From positions 2,012,525-2,076,524 of the forward strand of contig CM074816.1 of assembly GCA_037447605.1 (NCBI GenBank): a stretch of DNA of 64,000 bases, read 5' to 3'. Position numbers and translations under genes: made by a program. Each line of letters begins with the position of its first letter. Positions within the stretch are counted from its first letter, which is position 1. The notes under the pieces are model-generated. The model did no database searches and was not told the DNA's origin. It saw only the letters and a program-made list of their open reading frames with translations. The DNA comes from Zygnema circumcarinatum SAG 698-1b. Lineage: Eukaryota > Plantae > Zygnematophyceae. This document shows positions 10,861 to 23,614 of the stretch, piece after piece.

Positions 10861-11970
10861 ATGAAACTAAGGAAGATGCGCTTTCCGAACATGTCTCTTT
10901 TATTGCTGCTTCTGCCGTTTTTGGTTGGAAGTAGCGTCATCCGTCACGCGGATGCCCAACCTCTTAGCAACTCGCCGCCTCCATCATCGGACCCTATTAG
11001 CCAGTCGGAGGAGGAGAAGTTAGAAGCATACAATGCCATTGTCCAAGAGCAGGCTTTGCAGGAAGCTCAGAGCATACCTGAAAATGTTCAAGTGAGACTG
11101 AACGTTTCTGCTTCTCTCGGAGCCAATGTGACCGCGGTTAAGCTCTCCACATCCGAACTTGTGCAGTCGGGCTACACGTTCCTTCAGTTCACTCTTCCTG
11201 CCGGCCTCTCGATTCCTACCACCTCCTTGCAGGTTCTTCTCTTGTACCGGTCCATTTCTAGGACCGCCTCCATTTATGTTCTGAACACTAGTACAACTCT
11301 TGTTGCCGACGTCATTGGCCTACAGGTCTTTTCATATTCACCAAACCTCAACTTCTCTGCTCCCGCGCTCAATGTTTCCGCTGCTCCTTCTCCGTCAGAC
11401 CCCATCCTCGTCGACTTTTCGGGCACGGTAGTAACTTCAAATGTATCTCTCCAACAGAGTGTCTGCACTGCATTTGATGAGGTTCCCGTCTACGGCTCCC
11501 TCAGCACAGTTCTGTTGAATACAACAGCTGTGCAGTGCCAAACTCGCACTCTTGGAGACTTCAGTCTCACTGAAACGATTACTTCTCCACCTCCCATACC
11601 TACTTTACCCCCCCCTTTTCCTCCTCCCCTTCTTCCTCCCCTTTTCCCACCATCTCCGACACCGTCAACTGGAATATCTGCCAGTCCTCCGTCATCTCCT
11701 ATTGTTCTGGCGCCTCCTCCTCCCCGCGACGGAAGCTCCAATACCGTTGCAATAGCAGTGGGTGTAGTCGGAGGAGCAATCTTCCTGCTTCTTCTGTGCG
11801 GCCTCGCAATTATCCCCCTCATGCGGTATCGCAAAAGAACCCAACTTGCGACAATGGAGCTCGTAGCTGAAAGGAGTGTGGGGCTGGAGACAGCATCGGT
11901 TGGAGGCGGGAGGGCGCCTGCTGCCGGGGCAGAAAGAACGAGGGCACTTCTTGAAGGGGAAGAGGTGTAA
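10861..11970 (+). CDS. DUF1191-family type-I membrane protein, 369 aa, intronless CDS
   Basis: Signal peptide; ectodomain VTAVKLSTSELVQSG...VLLLYR...LVADVIGLQVFSY...CQTRTLGDFSL; Pro-rich linker; transmembrane helix; C-tail MELVAERSVGLETASVGGGRAPAAGAERTRALLE typical of DUF1191. Confidence 0.85.
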   Translation: MKLRKMRFPNMSLLLLLLPFLVGSSVIRHADAQPLSNSPPPSSDPISQSEEEKLEAYNAIVQEQALQEAQSIPENVQVRLNVSASLGANVTAVKLSTSELVQSGYTFLQFTLPAGLSIPTTSLQVLLLYRSISRTASIYVLNTSTTLVADVIGLQVFSYSPNLNFSAPALNVSAAPSPSDPILVDFSGTVVTSNVSLQQSVCTAFDEVPVYGSLSTVLLNTTAVQCQTRTLGDFSLTETITSPPPIPTLPPPFPPPLLPPLFPPSPTPSTGISASPPSSPIVLAPPPPRDGSSNTVAIAVGVVGGAIFLLLLCGLAIIPLMRYRKRTQLATMELVAERSVGLETASVGGGRAPAAGAERTRALLEGEEV

Positions 11971-13746
11971 AGAAAGTTGGTCACAGGGGCTTTGACTCTT
12001 CCACGGTACCTTCTGTTGGTTGCTTGTGACAGGTGTACGGCGAATTATGCAGAGTAGAGAATGTTGTGTCGGAAGCTATTCAAATTATGGTCGAGTGCCA
12101 GCTTGGAACGGTATCCTTATGCAGGACATCGCAGGTGTGCATCGCAGGTGATGACTCTCAATACCATTCATAGCAGATATTTCTTAAAAATACTCAACGC
12201 CTTTGGGAGAATGAAGCGGGATAGACTGGCGATTTCTTCCACTTCGGTGTTCTTGGCAACTTTAAGAGCACATCCAGACGGAATGGCACTTGACTCTGAG
12301 AAGGGTGTAGAGCGGAGGAGGTGTTGTTTATTTGATGATCTTTTGGTATTTAGGACTTCAGGAAAGGGGCGGTACCGCTCATCAGTATGTGGTGGCAAAG
12401 AGCCTGCAAGGAAGGCAATGAACAAGTTGCCTTTTGCGCGCCGTCGATACTTCGTTACAAGTAGCTTTTGGGTCGGCTTGATGCGTTTTGGAGTTCCAAC
12501 TGTTCCACCCTGGAGCTGTCTGTAGTTCGAGCAAATCAAAGATTCTTTTGTTGCTGGCGAGTGCTGATCGGCATTGAGGAAGTTGGCAGGTTGGGTTCTG
12601 CTGCCGCTCTGGTGTCCGGCCTAAGTAGAGACAAGGAAAAGGCGCAGATGAGAAGTTAGTTCTCCATCTGCTGAACTCCTTAGATTTATTTTTCTCAGTA
12701 GTAGGTGCAGTTGATTTTCTCCCGAAGGTGAATAAGTGAACCATCACGTCGCACACTTCGAGGATGTCAATTTCCTTGAGCTGTCCCCTGTCTGTCATCT
12801 CTTGCGTCGCAGAAGCTGATTACGATTTCTTTTTTTTTTTTTTGCGCTTCTGTGACTTGAAAGTTTGTCAGACGTTCATTTTGTCCAGTCCTTGACGGCG
12901 AACGTGCGCATTTCTACATGCAATGTGTCAAATGTTTACCAGCATGTTACCATGTTAATAGTGGCAGAGTCCTGACTAAGCCGCTCTTGCTTGCTAAACT
13001 ATTCCTTCCTAAAAGGTCCATTCCATGCAAATTTTCTGTAGACTTGCAAGCAAAAACACCAGAAAACCTAGAAAACTATGTGGGACGGATCTGTTAGCAG
13101 GATATAGTCATGACTAGATGTCAGACTGGCAATCAATGTCAGCATTTTCCCAAGATATGACTGCCCGCTGATCGTGGCACCCAACTGCATCCATTCAGAA
13201 ATCCGCAATATGTACTTCAGCAATACGATTATGTCCGTACAGAAGCTTCAGCATTCCTAGGCCTGGCAAGTGCATGCCATGCCCCCCCTCTACGCACTCC
13301 TGAGAACAGGAAGAGTATCTGCAGCACTGTGCATAATCTCCGTCCGTGTGTACAACGAAAGCGGTCGGCTCTCCTCCAGCTTGAATACCTATATATCAAA
13401 CAGCATCTTTAGGCCCCGGAGCCCTAAGTCTCACTGGTCGGGGACAACCCTTGACAGCGAAACTCTTCATGTGGCCGCCCTGCCACTCGTCCTTCTTCTT
13501 CCTTCCGTCGTCTTCTGAACTCCCAAACCCGAGCCGCAGGCCAGCCTGAAGTGTTTCCCCCCATCCAGCCTCGCCCGCTGAAGGTTTCCCTCCCGCCTCC
13601 AAATTTCCCTTCTTCATCCGTTCGCCATGGATTCCCCTTTCGATCTTCCGGGTCAATGACCTTTTCGAATGGCCCGCACAGAATTGGACGGCCGGCGCAT
13701 TCCGAGACCAATCCGACCCACCAGATCCTGCAGCGGGCAGAGAGCC

Positions 13747-16700
13747 CTACGAGTCCCGAGGCCCCTCAAACCTTGTAGGCGCGTCGACTGCCCCGAGGCA
13801 GCAGAGGCCGGATAACAGAGTAATGAGGAGCACCAAAGCCTGCATTGCAAACCATGAGCCGAAGGTCAGCCAGCCGACCGACTACATTTTCTCTACGAGA
13901 GCACCTTATAGCAGTACCATAAATGATAGTGGACAAACACAGGTCTGAATTCCGAGGAGTGACTGCAGATTCATCACTCGTGCGATAACAATCGCATGTA
14001 CCTTGATCAACCACAAACTCCAAAGGGAAAGTAGCACAGCTCCCTTCAAAATTATGAATAAATACTCACCACGGCGAGGACCTCCAAAAGCCTGGCCTTG
14101 GTAAGGCAGTCGTCATCGCAAGTTCGGTTGGTTGACACAAGTGTGCTTGTAACTAGTGCCTGTCTCCTCGCCATAAGGCTTTCGGTAGGATCAGTCGTGT
14201 AGAGCACGATGTGGCTCATACCAAGATCCTGCACGATGGAGTAAGCAGCCGAGAATATACCACCTGGCAACCACAGCAATTCATCAGAATGACTCATGTA
14301 ATTCCAAGCTTAACGTCAATTCCACAAGAGACCCTCAAGATTGCATATACCCACCACCTGCCGTAAGAAGCGGCATAAATTGCACATAGTACAACAGAAG
14401 ATCGTGTGGCCATGTGTAGTCAAATGTAAAGAACCCTCTGGATAAGTAGCAGGGGCACATTACAACAGATAACACAAAAACTTGGCTCAAATACTCCAAA
14501 ATATTTGCCGGAACGAACCCAAGAGAAGGCCAAACTCCAGACAATGGCGTCTAGGTTATACCTACAAACTTCACTGCCACGGCTTCCCAAATCCACAGAT
14601 GAAAAAACCAACTCACTTTCCCTAAGTAAGCCGTCACGCGTAGAATCTGCTTCGGGAGTGGGTGCACAAATAAGCAGAAGAGTGGTTTTGCCCTCAGCTT
14701 TCTTAGTGGAATACATTTCCAGATACCCCTGCAACAATGTGAGGACATGCAATGGACGTCAATTAGTTCAAATTTGTCACGGCCGAATCATCCCTACGTT
14801 ATGCAAAAAGTCTCACAGTACGATTTATGAGTAGAGCTGCATAAGTCTCAACAAAGTACACACTCGCACAAGCGAATAGGTACCGCATCATCTGACTCAA
14901 ATATCAAATGCCATATCTTACAGACAAGCGACTTCTCCAATTACTTTAAGTGAGAGATAGCTTTCCACACCGTCAAACAAATTCGCTTTAGCTTCAATAA
15001 CAAGATTAACTACGAACCAGAAAAGTACTGTAACATCCCTAAGGGGAAGGCTTCTCTCCAACAAGAAAAACAATGACTATAAAGGGTTACCGCACCTTAA
15101 CGTCGTCAACAGCCTGCAGAATCTTGCCACCCTCGGGTGCGACCTGGCAGTCTCCCATCAGAGCAACCTCACCCTCAGGGGAGGTCTCTTGGAAAGATTT
15201 CAGGACCGTTGCTGCCATTGGCTCATTTGCACTGAACTTGTCCTTGGCGATGTAGGGAAGCACCAGAGACGAAGCAGCGTTATTTATTGAAGCCTGCGAA
15301 GAGCAATGCCAGACGAGAGAAGATTTAGGCCTGCAGCAAATGAGGAGGCACATGCTCAAGGCACCATCCATATCAATCCTCCCTTGCCATAACACCAAAA
15401 AGAGTGTCAATATCTTTTCTATACATCCAGAGTCGATCAATGTGTGAGACAAAATGCAAAAGTGGCTTCCTTTACTAAGGAGATGTGTGCTTGCAGTTGC
15501 ACCTCACTATTCATCAGATGGCTAAATTTGAGGTTCAAGCATTCACAGTCATGTCTCCCTGATTCACAAGGGTTGATTGGTATCGACCATTTCATAATCC
15601 TGCTACAGAGCTCAGCTCCATCTGAGAGCTGCTACTTTCTTGCTGATATCTTGCACAACCGATATGGACTCAATGTCCATGAGCACGCTACATATTGATA
15701 GCTCACCTTAATGACGCCAAGAGGGTCAGCACCAAACTCTGGGTCCTCTCCATATTGGGCAAGGTGCTGAGTATTTAACTGCTCAATCACAGAAGACAGC
15801 CCTATGAAACGTCATGCTTACAGCCTCAAATAGAGGGAGGGCACTAGGCTGCACTGCTCCGTAGAACACAGCCGTAGCAAGGAAAGCAGGATATGCTTCG
15901 CAACAAAGGTTAAATACCTGCAAAACTAGACCAACTGTACAGTCGAAAATAGTGGCCCAAGATGACTTTCGTGGGACAAAAAATTCTCCATAAGTGCAGA
16001 AAGGGCACCACAGCAATAACACCATTTAACTCAAAAAAGCCCAATTCCAAAATCTCCTCGCCTGATATGCTCGAATCAAACATGCTTAAGATGCTTCACA
16101 CACTTCATCGTTATTCGGTAGATGTACAGAACCAGCAATAAAATAGCACTTTCCAAGACTCTGCTACCATTGACCTAATCGCATAGCGACCTGAAAAGGA
16201 AACAAATGTACCTCCTTGCCAATGAAGGCCAGCACGAGTTCAGGCCTATCTCCTTCAATTACCGAAAAGCTCGTTTCCTGCATTGCAGCAATGACAGTAG
16301 ATTTCATGTCACTGTCCATTCAATACATCTGTTCCATCGCTGCTCTATTCAATTCAATTGCGTCTTCTTTCAGCCTACACTATTTCCTTGTTAAAGTGCA
16401 CATACCCTAAAGCATGTAGCCCGAAAACATCGATAGGCGACTTAAAGGCGATCATTTAAGGTCACCATCTAAGCATGTTGCTGACTAAGAAACCACCAAA
16501 AAGAAAGAAAAGCAAGAGGCAGCAGAGCTGTCCAGCGTGCCTTCTTTGCCAGTCACAGGGAGGTGGTGGATGACAGACCTGTGCCAACCTTACCCTGCAG
16601 CAAGCCCTGACCTATAAGCGGATCGAAATTTGCAATTAAAGACAGATCTAATCTCCGTTGTCTTGGGCGTACCTCAGCAGAGTCCTCTGTATGGACCACC

Positions 16701-17158
16701 TTAAGAGCCCCAAAAAGATCCGAAGCGAGCTTCTCCACAGAAACCGTTTGGTAGTCCATTGACGTCGTCCTGCGAATGCATCTATTACACAAACAACAAC
16801 AGGATCACCTGCAACTTTAAAACCGCTCCCTCCGCCTCTAAGCAACATTCACTGTCAAGAAGGCAACTTCTGCAGTAGAATCAGTTCACCGGGGAATTTT
16901 GAAAAAACGACGACAGCAGCGCTTCAGACAAAGGATAGCTCCCATAGACTCTTGCAGAACCGTGCGAGTACAACAAAACGATTAAGAAACATGGGATGGC
17001 GCATTTGATGAAACAGAGTGATCACATGTAACCTACCCTGTGCTAGACCACACAAAGGCGGGAACGCTCCCCGATGCCGAAACCGACACACACAATGCCA
17101 ACAGAATAGCGAGCTGACATACGACGAAACCAGAGTTGTTCCTTGCTTCCAAAGCCAT
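13747..17158 (-). CDS. V-type ATPase accessory subunit S1 (Ac45/Voa1)-like protein, homologue of Arabidopsis At3g13410-type proteins; multi-exon
   Basis: Signal peptide then SVPAFVWS; exons DYQTVSVEKLASDLF, RPELVLAFIGKE, SLVLPYIAK, HIVLYTTDP...CDDDCLTKARLLE; terminal exon ALVLLITLLSGLCCLGAVDAPTRFEGPRDS* with stop at 13747-13749. Not every internal exon was resolved. Confidence 0.85.
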
Positions 17159-17411
17159 CCTCTGAACGCCTACTGCTCGCGGCCACCGGGCCTCTTTCAG
17201 GCTTGCTAAGGTCGGTAACTTCGCTCCGCGTTCCAGCGGTACAGATAAACAAGCAGCGAGACGCTCTTCCTGAAAACGAGCAATAATAGGACGACAGCGA
17301 GATGTGAAAGCGGAATGCAGACTGGCCGTGCGGCAAGTGGTGGAGCGTGCAGGGTCCGGACGGCAGCGGCACCCGCACGCACGCACGCGTGGAGGCGAGG
17401 CGATGCGAGGC

Positions 17412-17471
17412 GAGGGCGAGGGCGAGGGCGAGGGCGAGGGCGAGGGCGAGGGCGAGGGCGAGGGCGAGGGC
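17412..17471. repeat. (GAGGGC)10 microsatellite in the leader/promoter of the Ac45-like gene, followed by (GCGGAA)n and (GCAGGA)n tracts
   Basis: Read directly. A shorter copy of the same hexamer lies near 42978-43012, upstream of GPCAT. Confidence 0.95.
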
Positions 17472-17773
17472 GTGCAGGCGAGGGCAGAGCGGGGCGGGGC
17501 AGGGCGGCGCAAGCGGAAGCGGAAGCGGAAGCGGAAGCAGGAGCAGGAGCAGGAGCAGGCTGGCCCTCTCCCTCCCTCCCCCCCCCCAAGAGCGGGCCCG
17601 CTTGGAGGGCGGGCGGGCGGGCGACATTATTGGGGGGCAATGCCGCCCGGTCGGTCAGTGTGAACGCGCCCGCCCACCCTCGTGTACGGCGCCCGGCTGA
17701 CCGCCTGACCGCGGAGCGGGGCCCGCCTGTGGTCAGTCAGTCCGTCAGTCAGCCCGGTGGTCGCTGTGGCGCG

Positions 17774-17899
17774 CATGCACATGCACATGCACATGCACAT
17801 GCACATGCACATGCACATGCACATGCACATGCACATGCACATGCACATGCACATGCACATGCACATGCACATGCACATGCACATGCACATGCACATGCA
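17774..17899. repeat. Perfect (CATGCA)21 hexamer array
   Basis: 126 bp, 21 exact units. Confidence 0.98.
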
Positions 17900-18542
17900 C
17901 AGGTCAGTGTGCTCCTCAAGCACACCACGACCACCAAACCATGCTCTGCTTGCTTGCTTGCTTGCAAGCCAAGTCCTCAAAGGAAAGGAAAGAATGTCGG
18001 AAAGGACTGTACTCCTCTCATGAGATGGCGACGAGATGGCGAAAACCGTGCCGTCCGTCCACAGAAAAACTAGTGTGTACCGTATGAAGAACTATGAAGT
18101 TTGTACTTTAAAAAAACAAAAAATTGGCCATCGTCATCGAGGGATCAATGCCACACATTCCTCGGAAATTTGGCAATCATTGAACGCATGCTTATAGTGG
18201 GCAGGTGTATAAATATAAACAGCACTCGGCATTCAGTCCCGCTCCCTCTGCCTGCAGGCAGGCAGGCAGCCCGCAGCACTGCAGCAAGCAGCAGGCAGCA
18301 GGGATGAGGGATGAGGGATGAGGGATCTGTCTGGAGATTCCTTCCCCCGATCCGCCCTCCTCGCGCGCCCCTCTGCCTCTTGCTCTGGCCGGAGCGGCCC
18401 GTCGCCTGCTGCTCCTGCTCGCCTCCCGAGTCCCGGGCCTCCCGGCCCGGCCCGGGAGGGTCTCCAGCGAGGGCCGCTGCGTGCTGCTGCGTAGCCTGCA
18501 GGCTGGCTGTGGCGGCGGCTGCGGTGAGAAGAGAAGCGCGGG

Positions 18543-21500
18543 ATGGCCTTCTCGGGAGCGGCGCGCGTGGCCCTCCTGGCGTCCCTGGGCCCTGTGGCTG
18601 TGGGGGCGTCCATGGCGGCAGCTTCGCCGCCTGCCGCTGACAGGCAGGCGCAAGCGGAGGCAACCGGGAGCCCGTCTGTAGGAGAGCAGCCGCTGCAGCT
18701 CCTGCAGGTGAGGTAAAGGGAAAGCAGCGAGGCAGGCTGCCCCTCCACTTATGCGGAAGTTGGATGTCTGGCTTTATTCGCAAGTGTCGGGTATACGGGA
18801 AAAGGAGTTGCCGAAGAGAGGCACCCAGAAGCATCGTGCTGACGCATTCTCAGCAACATGCCAATTTTTAATGGCTAAAACGCGTTTGCAAGAGGGACTT
18901 TAGGGGTATAGCCGAGAAACTCGCACTGAGGGGGGGTTTAAATCATGAAAAGAGGAGTGCTTCTAGGATTTGAGAAGGTAATCACAAGTTCATCAGATGT
19001 TAGAACACCTAGGAGCGGATAACGACATTGTTTCTATAAAGCATGAGATGTAGAGGTATGAAGGATTGGATTTATTGCATTTCCCGTGGCCTCGACTTCA
19101 TGAACACAGGCGCATGTTTTCTTCCGCCACGGAGATCGGACGCCTATGAATCTTGGCATCGCATCAGAAGAGGAGAAGAAGATGTGGGAGGCAAAAATAC
19201 AACCATATCCAGCGAGAGTGCCCAAACTTCCGCACACCAGTGGAATTGACTATCCATTCGGCCAGCTCACAACTAAGGGTGTGTGGCAATGTAGAAGGAA
19301 GAGAATAGCAAGTGCTAGGCGCACCAAAGTTGAGGGCATTGTAGGTGGGGTTGTTTATACTTGTTCTGCACGTTAGTTCTCAAAGCCTTGACCCGACTGG
19401 TCTTGGGCTTGACAAATCTACATCAAAATTCTATATTTTCGCTTCGCGACATATAATCGGATGATTCGTTGTAATTTATTGGTAGTTTATTGTGAACCTG
19501 TTTTCTCTTTGTGTTCCATCGTACTGTTCTTGCTTTTCTATCCGGCAGGGATACAGTAGAAAATCAGTTTTGGAGGTTATACTGGGCTTGACGACGTTCT
19601 TGTCTTGAGAGCGTTCCACATGCTTTGGGAGTGGCAGGAGCTTCGCAAGCGGAAGGGCTAGGTGAACGCCTCAAGCTGCGCTACAGCCACCTGCTTACGG
19701 AGAAACAGTGGACAGTTCGATCTACTGATTTTCCAAGAACATTTTTATCAGGTTAGTTCCTTGCGCTGCTAGACCTGTGCAAAGCTTATCAAGCTGTTGG
19801 GCGAGCACGGGGTGGATCTACCTTCCTCCTGTTCCCTCTGTCTTCATCAATACAGTTATTTATGTTCAGCTTAATGTTTCAATTTCATTTTCTGGCAAGA
19901 GTATGTTTCTTTACGCTTTTTTTTCTGGTAATAAGAGGGCCGAATACACGGACCACATAGGAGCATGTAACGGCCCTACGCCAATTGTGTTGGACCTTTT
20001 CCAATTCTTTTTTCTTTCCTGCTTGATGAAAACTAAGGTTTGAGAGTTGTAAGCATTCTTCTAATTTATTTCCGTCTGTTACCCCAAAGGTAGATTTATG
20101 AATGCGTATCGTTTCATTTTGGACTCATGCCAGCGTGATTTCCCACACAGGATACTTTGTCCTGAAGGGGCTCCTCGGTTCGGAGGAAGCATGGAAAGTT
20201 CCGATACATATTCGAGATGAGAAGTTGGAGAACCTTTACGGCAACGACCATTGCGCAAGGTACTACCTGGCAAGAGATTCTCGCCTACACCTGCGCGTTC
20301 GAACTGAAGCATCGGTTTTTCTCGGAGAATCTGCGGATGCTGCGCAGGCTTCCAAATTGTCCTCACGAAATGAGACAAATGCCTTACACTTGCAGTCTCA
20401 TTGTCCTCTATTAGCCTCCTCCAATCGTGTTTTTAATAATCACTTTGAATTATATAAAGGTGAACAAGTTTGAATCATATAAGCTGCGTAGCTCAACTCC
20501 TATGCCTTGCAGTTACTACAAGTGTTGAGTTCAATCATCAGCTACCTGTGGTGAAGGCTTCAAACTGTAGCTTGGCTTTCTGGAAGATCTTTGCACATAT
20601 ACACTGCGTCGTTTGTTGCTGTTGTCCCCTCAAGACAGTTTTCCTTTTGACAGTTCACCGTGAATAATGCACTTACGGCTGATCTTCCTTTGCAGTCAAA
20701 AGTTCGCTTGCACTTTAAGCTCGATGCCCGCCATGTGTTGTCTGTGTCTGTCTATCTGCCACCTTTGGCTGAAGGTGCTCCGCCGCGTTGGTGGCCCTTG
20801 TGAAGGGGCAACCGTCTCTGGAAGCACGCATGGAGGCAGGTTCGAGATAACGGCGATGGCGCAGCATGGAGAGCGAGGCATGAGGTGCTGCTTCGAACCC
20901 ATCATGTGGACTGCTCTTGGGAGCGCACTTTGGTGCTTTAGGCTCAAGTATTCTCGTAGTGACTGATGTGAAAAAGAAGCATAGTGGGCCAATCCTATGG
21001 AATACACTGGGGGAGCAGTTTAAGCTGCAGCTCCTGGTACTAAGAGACAAAACCCCGTTCTAATGTTTGGTGTTGTAGTGAGCTGTGAAGTCGAAAGACA
21101 GCAATGGCACACTGTCCGCCGTCTGCTTGGCAATTATCTAGATATATTGGCCGATTATTGACTGTGGCCAACTTAGGATATACTGGTTCTCTTATTGTGT
21201 TTGTCTACTAGTGATTAAAGTCATTGATCATGTATTTTAGAGCTTAAAAATCCAGACTCGAGTTTTATTCTGTCACTTTGGGACAAGTAACGATGTTAAT
21301 TCAAATGCCTCGCTCTCGTGTTTTGGAACCATGTGTCAGGATTCAGGGTAGCCGCTCACCTTTCTCTTTGAAATTCGAGTAGTTTCCTGTGCCTGACATG
21401 AGCAACCTCATCCGTGGTGTGAGCAGAGCATGAAGAAACCAATGGCAGATTTTTTCGGGTTGTCTTTGGAGCAGCGCTTTCCTTGGACTCTTGTGAGCCC

Positions 21501-23350
21501 TCCCATCCTTTTGCAGGGTGCATTTTCCCTTGCCGCGAATGCTCCGTCGAGTGGTTTAATTGGCTGCCTTCACTTTTGGTGTCCTTCTATGTATTATCGC
21601 TTTTTACTGTTTACTATTACCTCTTTACTTTCGGCCAATTTAAAGGCAGGTCCTTGTACGTCTTTGCAAAAATGAGTCTGGAACTTCCTCTGTCATTGGC
21701 TAGCCATTATTTGAAAAACTCAGTTTATGGTCTTTCTTGTCAATAAATCCTTCCGTTTTATATGTTCGTAGAATGCTAGTTGGACATTCCGTTCCTCTGT
21801 CCTGATGATGTGAGTTGAGGCTCATCTGCCGATCAGGGGAGAATCGTAAATGAGTATGAAACCAGAGTGCTACATAAACACAGTCGGGACACATGCAGTC
21901 TGAGTCCGATGTAAGGGAGAGATTTCGATGTCACCAGACGCCACTACCCGTATGATTAGACTTTGCATCCACTTTTGTCAATGTAACCTCACGATGAAAG
22001 CTGACTCATGGATGGATGGACTTGAAGAAGACGGCGAAATTCAGCTGCGGCATGCTCCCATCCCTTTGCTTCTTGATTCGAGCTGCTACCTAGGCATTTG
22101 CCACTCTGTCGGCGCGTTCAAACAGTAGGGGCTCATGCGGGCCTGCACTCATCCATACATGAGGACGGGTGGCTGCAGGCGATCGACAATATTGTCTGCA
22201 GGCTGAGCCATGGCCTGCCGGTTCCGGAAGGTCTTTCTGCCAACGCTTTGGCCGAGATTCAGACGAATCTTGCTCGGGACTATGGTGCGGCTTTTGCAGT
22301 GAGTGGACTAATGTTCCTTTAGTAATCAAAATAGTCGTCATTGTGGAAAAGTGGTTATCTTGTCGTGGGTGTTCTGAGTTTGGAAGGACAAAGAATCTGA
22401 GACCTGGTCAAACTTTGATGTCGTTATATAGGGGACAAACCGGAAGATAGCAGGCCACAGGCAGGCAGAATGGAACAGACAGATGTGTTTAGGCTCTCAT
22501 TCGTCGCGGGGCAATTGAAAGATTCGTTGACATTGTGTTTGCGTAGTAGATTTGCAATGTTCGAGAAACTGGTATCCGGAAGTTATAATGCTTTATAAAT
22601 GACTCCATGTCGCTCCTTTTGATCCGGCAGCTTTGTTTATCGCTAGTTTGTGTGATCCGCAGAGTCAAGAATGCGCGCAGCTTGCAATGGGTCGCCTTAT
22701 CAACGATGTGCTAACGTCCATGAAAAATTCCGTGGTCGGCAACGAGGAAGTAGGGTTAGCCCTGTATTCGGGTCACGATTCCACTCTATTGCCACTGGCT
22801 GGTAAGCCCTCTGGCGGAATCCCAAACAACCCCCTTGTGGCTCTCGTGATCTTTTGTCAGTACAACTGCCTACTGCATAATTTTGGTTGACTCCTGACAA
22901 AGCGCACCGCAAAGTGCGAGAAAGAATCCGATGATGTTTTCGAATGGCGTTGCGCATTGCACAACGGTGAATCCCGTGTTTGTCGAGCCACCTGTGTTTG
23001 AGGCAAAAGCTTCAGGCTTCACTTCCCCCACGCTTACCTCCTGTTTCTTGGCAGCGGCTTTGGGCTGTCCGCTGGACACGTGGCCCTCATACTCGTCGTA
23101 TCTGAGCGTGGAGCTGTGGAGGACGGCCGACTCGGCCCTGCACTTCGTGAGGGCCCTGTACGACGGGCGAGCCGTGACGCTGCCCGCGCGCTCGCCCCCG
23201 CCAGGTGGCAGCTGGGGGTTGGCGGAGGCGGGGGCGGGCCCGGCGCTGTGCGCGTGGGAGGACTTTCTGCGGCTCGCCGCGTGGGCGGCTCTCCCGGAGG
23301 CCGAGTACGCCAGACTGTGCCGCCAACCGCCGCCTCACTCGCGGTTGTGA
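18543..23350 (+). CDS. Histidine acid phosphatase (branch 2, ACP6/lysosomal acid phosphatase-like); multi-exon
   Basis: RHGDRTP at 19125-19145; GQLTTK|GASQAEGLGERLKLRY...RSTDFPRTFLS; catalytic HD in LYSGHDSTL (His at 22774); last exon YLSVELW...FVRALYDGRAV...CAWEDF, stop at 23350. Confidence 0.88.
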
Positions 23351-23614
23351 CTTATGACGGCGGGGCTTGCCTCGAACATAAAATGCCATTTTTTATATTT
23401 TTTATTGGTTGTTTTTGGTGGACACGACTGGAAAGGCGACCACTGTTTTTTCATCATTCAGCCTCAAAATTGGGGGAGGAGGGAGGTACAGGGGACAGGA
23501 TTCGTCCTTGTAAAATGTACTGTTTTCTTTGTTTTTATCCGTCAGACCGGGACGTTTTTTTCTGTTCAAACACCTATTTTCGTTGTCAATTCGTGTCTAG
23601 AACTGCCCCAACTT

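Noticed and set aside
9916-10864. Overlapping 200-300 aa Arg/Pro/Gly-rich ORFs on both strands
   Set aside because: Expected from stop-poor GC-rich promoter and MITE sequence; no recognisable motifs.
12061-12798. Overlapping 123-154 aa ORFs between DUF1191 and the Ac45-like gene
   Set aside because: No family motif or coherent exon chain found; treated as 3' UTR/intergenic. A small orphan gene cannot be excluded without RNA data.
17033-18073. ORFs with poly-AL, PS, MH, CA and GR dipeptide runs
   Set aside because: Products of hexamer microsatellites.
23360-23610. Possible TIR element in the AT-rich spacer between the phosphatase and OPT
   Set aside because: Ends share only GGGGC and scattered bases; no TSD.
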